Virus record (IMG/VR): IMGVR_UViG_3300029536_000014
Coordinates: 1-46,001 of that record
Source of the DNA: a virus
Length of the DNA stretch: 46,001 nucleotides
Strand: one strand, 5' to 3'
Both the position numbers and the translations under genes were made by a program. This document shows, one piece after another, positions 1 through 7,378 of this stretch. The stretch's first letter is position 1. The number at the start of each line of letters is the position of its first letter. The notes under the pieces are model-generated. The model was not told the origin of the DNA. It saw nothing but the letters and a program-made list of their open reading frames with translations, and did not search any database.

Positions 1-1
1 A

Positions 2-427
2 ATCAATGCGCTACTGTCACAGCTTAGCTACAAATGTGGATTTAGCAGTGGTTATTTTGTGTTTAACGAGAAAACTGGAATGGTGACGGCTACGCAGGTG
101 GAAGCGGACGACCGCCGGACAATTCAGTTTATTAAGGACGTTCGGGATAAGCTGGAGGATTGTCTGAATGGCGTAATCTATGCACTCAATGTTTTTGCCG
201 ACCTGTACGATCTAACTCCGGTGGGCGTTTATGAAACAACATACGACTTCGGAGACATAACCTACAACAGAGAAGAAGACCGTGCAAGATGGTGGCAGTA
301 TGTTGTACAGGGAAAGGTTCCAGCATGGCTGTTTTTCGTAAAATTTGAAGGAATGACCGAGGAAGATGCGAAAGCAATGGTCAAAGAAGCTCAGCCAGAC
401 GAACCAACACTATTCGGAGAGGAGTAA
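2..427 (+). CDS. Portal protein, C-terminal part (continuation of 44884-46001 across the wrap)
   Basis: Same frame as the ORF opening at ATG 44884 (44884 to 45904 is 340 codons). Combined product is 481 aa, immediately downstream of the terminase. Size and position fit an SPP1 gp6-type portal. Confidence 0.85.
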   Translation: MNALLSQLSYKCGFSSGYFVFNEKTGMVTATQVEADDRRTIQFIKDVRDKLEDCLNGVIYALNVFADLYDLTPVGVYETTYDFGDITYNREEDRARWWQYVVQGKVPAWLFFVKFEGMTEEDAKAMVKEAQPDEPTLFGEE

Positions 428-431
428 AAAG

Positions 432-1943
432 ATGGCTGATACATTCAAGGGAATAATCACAGCAGATGGAAAGAAGAGACAGTTGCCTTATAGAAATGTT
501 ATCGAAACGCCCGTGTCTGATGAAACATTGTCCATACAGGGAGCATTTGCCGACTCCAAAGCAGTAGGGGATAAATTTAAAGAAGTAAAGACAGAAACTG
601 ATTCACTAAAGAAAGATTTATCCAATAAAATCACTAAATTCTACGCATCAAATCAGGGAGAAACTCACATCACCGATTCTGATAATGGAAAAATTCAAGA
701 TATGATAATCTACGGCAAATCATCACAGGATGGAGTGCCAACGCCAGAGAATCCAGTTGAGATTAAAAGCGTGGCGAATCCGACAGTGAAGGTGTGCGGG
801 AAGAATTTAATAGACACAGGCGAGATTAAGGCGTTTAAAAATGTAACGATATCTAACGGAACCGTTAAGCAAGCAACCGCGGACGAAAGGACTGAGTTAC
901 GATGGAAAGCTGTACAGTATGATCTAAAAGATAACATACTTGGGATAAACAGTAGTAACGTATTACAGAGCGGGACGCGTTTTGGAGTTGTATTTACAGC
1001 TAAGGAAAAAGTAAAACGAATTGTATTTGGTCTAAACGGATCAAAAATAGACACGACTGTTGCGATATCTGTCGATTTAAAAGTTGGAGCAAAGTATATC
1101 ATTTCATGTAATTTATTAAATTCAACGCAAGGATCAATCGAATGGAATGACATGATGTTGGAAGAAGGCACCACGATTGCAGCCTACGAACCCTACCACG
1201 AACAGACCGTCACTCTCCCTTACACCCTCAACGCAATCCCTGTAAACTCAGGCGGTAACGTCACAATTGATGGCCAGCAGTATATTGCAGATTATGTGGA
1301 TGTGGAACGTGGGAAATTGGTGAGGATGTGCAAAGAAGTAAACGCATTGGATTATGAATGGACTGATAGATACAAGGGATATGTGAGTATTGATTATGGT
1401 ATCTTACCAGACTGCGTACATTCTGATAATGTTACTTTTGCAAAATCTACACATGACTATTACACTTCTTTTCAAGACAAGTGGAGTGATAAGAATACAG
1501 TAATATTTTTGGTGTCTGGCCAAAATAGGGGTGTAAGAATCGCTTATAATTCACAGATACAAAGCAACTATTCAAATTTAGCCGAATTTAAAGAGTGGTT
1601 GAAGTCTCAAGCTGATAATGGAACTCCTTTAAAATTTGTTTATGCACTTGTTACACCCGAAGAAATAGACCTCACCGAGGAAGAAATCAAAGCATTCAAA
1701 GCACTTGTAACATATTATCCAACAACAAATATATCTATTAATTCAGAGCAGCTTGACGGATATACAGTATTCAACTATCCAATTTCGATGAAAAACGGAT
1801 GGGATTATGTTAAGAAACAGCTCAACGACAATCGTGATTACATCTATAATATGGACACAAAGACACAGGACATCGACACACAATCAGCAGAAGCCTATGT
1901 CAACAGCGAATACGCAGTAGCATTAACAGAATTGGAGGTATGA
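432..1943 (+). CDS. Tail-fibre / receptor-binding-like protein (503 aa) in an atypical position
   Basis: ATG 432 follows GGAGAGGAG; the track start at 366 lies inside the portal gene. The N-terminal DETLSIQGAFADSKAVGDKFKEVK and PTPENPVEI patterns resemble Firmicutes phage fibre proteins. It is followed by an XkdX-like gene. Confidence 0.55.
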   Translation: MADTFKGIITADGKKRQLPYRNVIETPVSDETLSIQGAFADSKAVGDKFKEVKTETDSLKKDLSNKITKFYASNQGETHITDSDNGKIQDMIIYGKSSQDGVPTPENPVEIKSVANPTVKVCGKNLIDTGEIKAFKNVTISNGTVKQATADERTELRWKAVQYDLKDNILGINSSNVLQSGTRFGVVFTAKEKVKRIVFGLNGSKIDTTVAISVDLKVGAKYIISCNLLNSTQGSIEWNDMMLEEGTTIAAYEPYHEQTVTLPYTLNAIPVNSGGNVTIDGQQYIADYVDVERGKLVRMCKEVNALDYEWTDRYKGYVSIDYGILPDCVHSDNVTFAKSTHDYYTSFQDKWSDKNTVIFLVSGQNRGVRIAYNSQIQSNYSNLAEFKEWLKSQADNGTPLKFVYALVTPEEIDLTEEEIKAFKALVTYYPTTNISINSEQLDGYTVFNYPISMKNGWDYVKKQLNDNRDYIYNMDTKTQDIDTQSAEAYVNSEYAVALTELEV

Positions 1944-1945
1944 TT

Positions 1946-2116
1946 ATGTTATACAGAACATTATTAAAACTTAAAGAAAGAAACGGTCTGACAGATGATT
2001 TAAAGAATAAAATTGATATTTTCTTCGCAACGGGCAGGATTACAGAGGAACAGTACAATGAGCTGATGGATATTAATAAGGAAGAAGAACCGAAAGCGGA
2101 AAAACTAATTAACTAA
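1946..2116 (+). CDS. XkdX-like small protein (56 aa)
   Basis: ATG 1946 lies 7 nt after GGAGG; the ORF is below the 60-aa track cut-off. MLYRTLLKLKERNGLTDD...GRITEEQYNELM resembles XkdX-family proteins, which usually follow tail-fibre genes. Confidence 0.5.
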   Translation: MLYRTLLKLKERNGLTDDLKNKIDIFFATGRITEEQYNELMDINKEEEPKAEKLIN

Positions 2117-2149
2117 AGAGGGCTTTAGTTAATCATAAAAAACTAAAAT

Positions 2150-2185
2150 ATGTACCACGACTTTTGACGAAAGAGGTGATATACT
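2150..2185 (+). promoter_or_regulatory. Conserved bipartite phage promoter element, copy 1
   Basis: ATGTACCACGACTTTT (2150-2165), a 12-nt spacer, then TGaTATACT (extended -10 like). Same architecture as copies at 7945 and 43058. Caveat: the -10 abuts ATG 2186, and the spacer contains that gene's RBS. Confidence 0.4.
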
Positions 2186-3415
2186 ATGCTTAGCCCAGAA
2201 TATTTACGCCGGATAACAGAGGGCAGCGAACAAATTGCCGAAGAACTGCATCAATATATCATCTCTGAGATCGTGTCGAGAATGATGGCAAGAATCGGCA
2301 GGGGTGAGGATTATATTCTGACCAATGCCGATGCGTGGAGAATCAGAACACTACAGGAATCCGGTGAGCTACTAGAGGACATTCTGGCAGAATTATCCAA
2401 ATACACCAAACGTGAACAGCAGGAACTCCTTGAAGCGTTTGAAGATGCCGGAATCACTGCTCTCGATTATGATGATAAGATATACAAGGCGGCAGGATTA
2501 AGTCCGGTACCGCTCGAACAGTCGCCAGCTATGATAAGACTCATGGAGCGAAATATGCTTGCGACTATGGGAGAGTGGAAGAACTTCACAAGAACGACTG
2601 CAAGTGCCGCTCAAAGGCTCTATATTGAGCAGTGCGACCTTGCATACAACCATGTAATGACTGGGGCGGTTGGGTATACGCAAGCCATCAAAGAGGCAGT
2701 TAATAACGTTGTGAGTGATGGTGTTACGGTCACATATCCATCTGGCAGAAAAGACACGATTGAAACAGCAGTCGCACGTTCTGTTAGAACTGGTGTGGCT
2801 CAGGCTACTGGAGATATATCCCTCAAACGCATGGAAGAGATGGGCTGGGATTTAGTTCTGGTCAGTGCTCACATGGGAGCCAGAACAGGTGACGGTGGTG
2901 AGAACCCGGGAAATCACGCATGGTGGCAAGGAAAGATATACTCTCGTTCTGGCAAGAGCAAGAAATTTCCGCCGTTCTCATTGACCGGATACGGAACAGC
3001 AAGCGGACTGTCAGGAGTTAACTGTCGGCATAGCTTTGGGGCAAGTGACGGGGAATTTAATCCTTATGCAGAATTATCAGCACAGGATAAAGCCGACAAA
3101 GGTAAACAGTACGAAAAGGAACAGCGGCAACGTACTTACGAGCGAAGAATCCGAAAGGCAAAGAGAGAAGTCCTTGGAATGCAAACGGCGGTTGACAACT
3201 GCAAGGACGAACAGGCAAAATTCGCATTACAGCAAGACCTTGACAGGAAGTCTTATCTTTTGCAGAAACAAAATGCTGCATACAAAGAGTACTGCAAGCA
3301 GAATGGCCTGAGAGAATTGCAAGACCGGCTTATGATCGCCAAGTGGAACCGCCAGAATGCCGCAAAAGTCAGAGGAGCGGCAAAACGATATAAGACAGCA
3401 AAGGGGATTGACTGA
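2186..3415 (+). CDS. Head morphogenesis / minor capsid protein, Phage_Mu_F (SPP1 gp7) family
   Basis: 409 aa with RBS AGAGGTG. HMGARTGDGGENPGNHAWWQGKIY and GVNCRHSF match the MuF-domain pattern. The C-terminus is a basic coiled-coil. Confidence 0.85.
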   Translation: MLSPEYLRRITEGSEQIAEELHQYIISEIVSRMMARIGRGEDYILTNADAWRIRTLQESGELLEDILAELSKYTKREQQELLEAFEDAGITALDYDDKIYKAAGLSPVPLEQSPAMIRLMERNMLATMGEWKNFTRTTASAAQRLYIEQCDLAYNHVMTGAVGYTQAIKEAVNNVVSDGVTVTYPSGRKDTIETAVARSVRTGVAQATGDISLKRMEEMGWDLVLVSAHMGARTGDGGENPGNHAWWQGKIYSRSGKSKKFPPFSLTGYGTASGLSGVNCRHSFGASDGEFNPYAELSAQDKADKGKQYEKEQRQRTYERRIRKAKREVLGMQTAVDNCKDEQAKFALQQDLDRKSYLLQKQNAAYKEYCKQNGLRELQDRLMIAKWNRQNAAKVRGAAKRYKTAKGID

Positions 3416-3801
3416 TGGATAGATGGGAATATTACAATCCGAATCCTACGGGCGATCGAGTCGGAGATTGTACTGTCCGGGCAATATGCAAAGCAACCGG
3501 ATTTGATTGGGAAACGGTATTTACCGGACTGATGGTGCAGGCGTGCGCGCTGTCAGATATGCCAAGTGCAAATTATGTCTGGGGTGCGTATCTTTATAAG
3601 CATGGATACAGGCGTAAACTGATAGAACAGTCAGAACGATATATCTATACAGTCAATGATTTTTGCACAGACCATCCGACAGGTACATACATTCTCTGCA
3701 TAGATGGTCATGTGGTGACGGTACAGAACGGCAAATATTACGATACATGGGATAGTGGTAATGAGATCCCGGTATACTACTGGGAAAAGGAGAGCAAATG
3801 A
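3415..3801 (+). CDS. Hypothetical protein, possible papain-like thiol peptidase fold
   Basis: 128 aa, ATGA-coupled to the MuF gene. Cys19 (VGDCTVRA), His98 (DGHVV) and Asp (YDTWD) are spaced like a Cys-His-Asp triad. Family not recognised. Confidence 0.6.
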   Translation: MDRWEYYNPNPTGDRVGDCTVRAICKATGFDWETVFTGLMVQACALSDMPSANYVWGAYLYKHGYRRKLIEQSERYIYTVNDFCTDHPTGTYILCIDGHVVTVQNGKYYDTWDSGNEIPVYYWEKESK

Positions 3802-4103
3802 GCATATCAGAATTTGTACAAGTATTCCTCTCGATCTGCGGAGGAGTGTCTATTGTCGGAGGAGCGGTGGCTGTAATTCTTAAGTGGATTACTCCGGCGT
3901 TTCGACTTAACAAGCGAGTTGAGACACTGGAAGAACACGACAAACGAGATTACGAGAGTCTTCAGAGGATTGCGGAACGAGATTCATTGATTCTGGAAGT
4001 GTTATCAACCATGTTGGATAGTCAGATTAGTGGGAATAATGTAGAAGAATTAAAAAAAACAAAACAGAAGCTTACAAATTATCTTGCACAGAATCAGCGT
4101 TAA
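3798..4103 (+). CDS. Membrane-anchored coiled-coil protein
   Basis: 101 aa. N-terminal TM helix FLSICGGVSIVGGAVAVILKWI followed by a charged helical region; ATGA overlap with the upstream gene. Confidence 0.6.
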   Translation: MSISEFVQVFLSICGGVSIVGGAVAVILKWITPAFRLNKRVETLEEHDKRDYESLQRIAERDSLILEVLSTMLDSQISGNNVEELKKTKQKLTNYLAQNQR

Positions 4104-4126
4104 TTGCATTAATAAGAGGTATGCTC

Positions 4127-4327
4127 ATGAAATTATATGTGTTCACGAAAAAAGATATAGACAGGTTCTTGATAGAGTGTAATTTCACACCGGACGAAGA
4201 AAGACTGTTCCGGCTGAGATGTCAGGAACACACGCTTGAATACTGTGCTGAACAGATGAATGTGAGTATATCCACAGCGAAACGGTTAAGTCGGAGGGTA
4301 AACAATAAAATAATTAAAGTATGCTAA
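4127..4327 (+). CDS. Stand-alone sigma-70 region-4-like / LuxR-type HTH protein (candidate late-gene regulator)
   Basis: 66 aa from ATG 4127 (AAGAGG 7 nt upstream; ATG 4121 is too close to the RBS). TPDEERLFRLRCQEHTLEYCAEQMNVSISTAKRLSRRVNNKI has the region-4 HTH pattern. Confidence 0.6.
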   Translation: MKLYVFTKKDIDRFLIECNFTPDEERLFRLRCQEHTLEYCAEQMNVSISTAKRLSRRVNNKIIKVC

Positions 4328-4334
4328 AAAGTAA

Positions 4335-4366
4335 GGAGAGGATATTTCTACCCTCTCCCATTTTTT
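4335..4366. terminator. Bidirectional intrinsic terminator between convergent genes
   Basis: GGAGAGG (4335-4341) pairs with CCTCTCC (4352-4358), then CATTTTTT. An A-rich tract upstream gives a U-tract on the other strand. Confidence 0.75.
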
Positions 4367-4535
4367 AACAAAAATCTTCTTTTACAACCCTTTCAAGTAG
4401 TTTTATCAAATATTCTGGCGGAGTTCTTCTTTCTGCCTCCCAGTCTTCTATGGTTCTCTTGGGTATCTCGTACTTATCAGAAAAAACCTTCTGACTCAAT
4501 CCGGTAAGTGATCTTAATTCTTTTATTGTCATCAT
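4365..4535 (-). CDS. Small XRE-type HTH protein (56 aa), last gene of the antisense moron
   Basis: Not in the track (<60 aa). The reverse strand reads MMTIKELRSLTGLSQKVFSDKYEIPKRTIEDWEAERRTPPEYLIKLLERVVKEDFC. RBS GGAGA is upstream of ATG 4535. The pattern is antitoxin/Aca-like HTH. Confidence 0.7.
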   Translation of the reverse strand: MMTIKELRSLTGLSQKVFSDKYEIPKRTIEDWEAERRTPPEYLIKLLERVVKEDFC

Positions 4536-4542
4536 ACTCTCC

Positions 4543-4830
4543 TTAGTCTAAAACTTTTAAATACTGTCTGCGACCGTTCATGTTGTTATCCAGAGCATAA
4601 AAACAAGGATTTTTATTACCCGAAAGGACTTCATTTATTTCATAGTTCCATCCCCAGGGAGCCGTTACCATTAAATTCCCCATGGCGTTTTCGAACGTTT
4701 CCCAGCCTTCTGGAATTTCTACTGTCATTTCATCCCAACACGTTGCTGCACTGTGCGGTGCTCCGTATGTATATACGTTCCTTTTTTCGGCAGATAAAAC
4801 ACCATAATTGCAATAAATTTTAATTTTCAT
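4543..4830 (-). CDS. Hypothetical protein (95 aa), moron gene 2
   Basis: ORF with RBS AGGAGGAA upstream (reverse strand of 4832-4845); tightly packed between 4847-5167 and 4365-4535. No family recognised. Confidence 0.65.
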   Translation of the reverse strand: MKIKIYCNYGVLSAEKRNVYTYGAPHSAATCWDEMTVEIPEGWETFENAMGNLMVTAPWGWNYEINEVLSGNKNPCFYALDNNMNGRRQYLKVLD

Positions 4831-4846
4831 GTTGTATTCCTCCTTT

Positions 4847-5167
4847 TTATAAAACGCGATATCTCACGATATCTTCAACTTTCGCAGGACTTCCATACCA
4901 GTATTTTTCATCTGGATTCCATTTAAGCCCAAATTCTTTTAAAGTCTTTCTGCAATAAAAAGTATTTCCAGAAACGACTCCATCACCAAGATTAAAAAGA
5001 ACTTCACATCCGTCAAGGCAAGCGTTGAAATATTTGCCAAGTTTTGCAAGCTTGAGATCTTCTTTGGCTTTTTCCCATGCTCTTTTAAGAGCTACGGAAA
5101 TTGTGCATTTACACTGTCTTACGATTCCCCATGCGTTTTTCATGATTTCTGACTTGTTATACTTCAT
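4847..5167 (-). CDS. Hypothetical protein (106 aa), moron gene 1
   Basis: ATG 5167 is preceded by GGAGGTAGG. It is the first gene downstream of a sigma-A-type promoter. No family recognised. Confidence 0.65.
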   Translation of the reverse strand: MKYNKSEIMKNAWGIVRQCKCTISVALKRAWEKAKEDLKLAKLGKYFNACLDGCEVLFNLGDGVVSGNTFYCRKTLKEFGLKWNPDEKYWYGSPAKVEDIVRYRVL

Positions 5168-5210
5168 AGTGCCTACCTCCTAAATGTTTTTATTTCCTCT
5201 TTCTGATATT

Positions 5211-5239
5211 ATAATACCACGCAATGCGTGATAAGTCAA
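5211..5239 (-). promoter_or_regulatory. Sigma-A-type promoter with an inverted-repeat operator in the spacer
   Basis: Reverse strand reads TTGACT (5239-5234), a 17-nt spacer, then TGgTATTAT (-10 at 5216-5211, extended -10). The inverted repeat CACGC-AAT-GCGTG (5218-5230) sits between -35 and -10. Confidence 0.7.
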
Positions 5240-5316
5240 TACTTTTTTGACACTTTCTTGAACTTTTTAGATTGATATATCTATGTAAAAATATAATCAG
5301 AAAGGCGGTGTATAAG

Positions 5317-5787
5317 ATGGCATTATATAACAATCCTTATCAATATAGTTTTGGCGTTCCTGGGCAGATGAACCAGTTCCAGCAACAGCCTGTCCAGATT
5401 CCAACTCAACCAGTACAGCAACCACAGCAGAATAATAGCGGTATCCTGTGGGTATCCGGCGAAGTTGGTGCAAAATCCTATCTGGTAGCACCTGGGACAA
5501 GCGTTTTACTGATGGACAGTGAAAGTGAAAAGTTCTACATAAAATCCACAGACGTATCCGGCATGCCGCAGCCACTGCGAACGTTTGAATACCACGAGGT
5601 AGGCTCTCAGATGCCGCCTAAGCAGACTGTTCAGAACATGGACAGTAAATACGTCACCAGACAGGAATACGACGATTTAAAGGGCAAATACGAAGCTATC
5701 ATAAACCGATTAAATTCATTTTCTGAACCTGTTAGGGCTAATACCGTGCAGAAGTCAGCAATCAAGGGAGGAAATGCAGATGAGTAA
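5317..5787 (+). CDS. Gln/Pro-rich hypothetical protein
   Basis: 156 aa from ATG 5317 (AGAAAGGCGGTG upstream; the track start 5272 is TTG without an RBS). The N-terminus is a QQQPVQIPTQPVQQPQQ low-complexity tract. Confidence 0.65.
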   Translation: MALYNNPYQYSFGVPGQMNQFQQQPVQIPTQPVQQPQQNNSGILWVSGEVGAKSYLVAPGTSVLLMDSESEKFYIKSTDVSGMPQPLRTFEYHEVGSQMPPKQTVQNMDSKYVTRQEYDDLKGKYEAIINRLNSFSEPVRANTVQKSAIKGGNADE

Positions 5788-6001
5788 TCCATTATTTAAC
5801 GCACTTGGCGGTGGGATGCCGCAGGGAAATGGGCCAATGCAGATGATACAGCAGTTTATGCAGTTTAAGCAGAATTTTAAAGGAGATCCGAAAGCAGAAG
5901 TTGAGAAAATGCTACAGTCTGGAAGGATTTCACAGCAACAGCTTAATCAGGTTCAACAGATGGCAGGGCAGTTCCAACACATGCTGAAAGGAATGAAATA
6001 G
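5774..6001 (+). CDS. Small Gln/Met-rich hypothetical protein
   Basis: 75 aa; GGGAGG lies upstream of ATG 5774/5780. Composition is rich in Q, M and G. Confidence 0.6.
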   Translation: MQMSNPLFNALGGGMPQGNGPMQMIQQFMQFKQNFKGDPKAEVEKMLQSGRISQQQLNQVQQMAGQFQHMLKGMK

Positions 6002-6054
6002 TACATTACAATCTGGCCAGATTGATGTAAATATACAAAAAGGAGATTATAACT

Positions 6055-6834
6055 ATGGATGGAAATTATAGCTTAGCAGATATTGCCGCTGCTACTGGAA
6101 ACGGTAGAAATAATGACGGCATGTTTGGTGGAGATGGCAGCTGGTGGATTATTGTTTTATTCATTTTTGCTTTCTTCGGATGGGGAAACAACGGCTGGGG
6201 CAATAATGGCAACGGCGGCGGATATACAGCCACGGCAGCTACTCAGGCGGATATTCAGAGAGGATTCGACAATTCCGCAGTAATCAGCAAACTTGACGGA
6301 ATCAACAACGGTCTCTGTGATGGATTCTATGCAGTGAACAACGGTATGCTTACCGGACTCAATGGAATCAACACAAACATCATGCAGACTGGCTTCGGAA
6401 TTCAGCAGGCAATCAATGCTGATACTGTAGCGAATATGCAGAACGCCAACGCACTCCAGGCTCAGCTTGCGAACTGCTGTTGCGAAACCAGGGAAGCTAT
6501 TCAAGGCGTGAACTACAACATGGCGCAGAACACCTGTGCATTACAGAACACCATGAACAACAACACAAGAGACATTATTGACAGCCAGAACGCTGGAACA
6601 AGAGCCATTCTTGATTATCTTTGCAATGAAAAGATTTCTAACTTGCAGGCTGAAAACAATGATCTCAGACGCGCTGCTTCTCAGGATCGCCAGAGTGCGC
6701 TTCTCACAACTGCAATGGCTTCTCAGACACAGCAGCTCATTAATGCAATCAATCCAGCACCGATTCCGGCATATCAGGTTCCTAACCCGAACACATATTA
6801 CGGATGCGGATGCAACACCGGATGTAATTGTTAA
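6055..6834 (+). CDS. Gly/Asn-rich membrane protein with a Cys-rich C-terminus
   Basis: 259 aa with RBS AAAGGAG. The hydrophobic segment WWIIVLFIFAFF is flanked by GGDG and GWGNNGWGNNGNGGG. It contains internal CCC and ends YYGCGCNTGCNC. Confidence 0.7.
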   Translation: MDGNYSLADIAAATGNGRNNDGMFGGDGSWWIIVLFIFAFFGWGNNGWGNNGNGGGYTATAATQADIQRGFDNSAVISKLDGINNGLCDGFYAVNNGMLTGLNGINTNIMQTGFGIQQAINADTVANMQNANALQAQLANCCCETREAIQGVNYNMAQNTCALQNTMNNNTRDIIDSQNAGTRAILDYLCNEKISNLQAENNDLRRAASQDRQSALLTTAMASQTQQLINAINPAPIPAYQVPNPNTYYGCGCNTGCNC

Positions 6835-6897
6835 CAACTTCATATCGAGAGTATCTTTCGATTGATTCGGATGTCGGCTTATGCCGTATTACACAGA

Positions 6898-6924
6898 GGG
6901 GCAGGCTGAGACCTGTCCTTTTGT
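6898..6924 (+). terminator. Putative intrinsic terminator
   Basis: GGGGCAGG / CCTGTCC(T) stem with a 6-nt loop, followed by TTTTGTG. Confidence 0.5.
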
Positions 6925-6944
6925 GATATGAAAGGAGTATTTTT

Positions 6945-7367
6945 ATGGCAGAATTTACAAATGTAGCTGCTCAGACTGTAGCAGCAAATGGAAACGTAGT
7001 ATTTTCAAACACAGCAGTCAAAGGTTCTAACTGCATTCATCACAGGGAAGGAAGCGGGATTATTACGCTGAGAGGGTTTACTAACCAGTGCAAGGCTAGA
7101 TTTTTCGTGGACTTCTCTGGTAATATCGCAATTCCAACAGGCGGTACTGTCGGAGCTATTTCTCTGGCTATTGCAATCTCTGGTGAACCTGTATTATCTT
7201 CACAGATGATTTCCACACCGGCAGCAGTAGATCAGTACAACAATGTGTCCTCTGGTATCTATATTGATGTACCTCGCGGATGTTGCGTTAATATCGCAGT
7301 AGAGAACACAAGCGATCAAGCTATTTCTGTTGCGAACGCAAACATTGTTGTGACCAGAGAAGCATAG
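6945..7367 (+). CDS. Beta-rich protein, possibly a TNF/C1q-like jelly roll (BclA C-terminal-domain-like)
   Basis: 140 aa with RBS GAAAGGAG. Alternating hydrophobic beta pattern: ARFFVDFSGNIAIPTGGTVGAISLAIAISG...VNIAVENTSDQAISVANANIVVTR. The fold call is pattern-level only. Confidence 0.6.
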   Translation: MAEFTNVAAQTVAANGNVVFSNTAVKGSNCIHHREGSGIITLRGFTNQCKARFFVDFSGNIAIPTGGTVGAISLAIAISGEPVLSSQMISTPAAVDQYNNVSSGIYIDVPRGCCVNIAVENTSDQAISVANANIVVTREA

Positions 7368-7378
7368 GAGGTGTGATT

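Noticed and set aside
2111-2130. Hairpin AACTAAAG-AGGG-CTTTAGTT after the XkdX-like gene as a terminator
   Set aside because: The 8-bp stem is AT-rich and is followed by an A-rich rather than a T-rich tract, so it is not a convincing intrinsic terminator.
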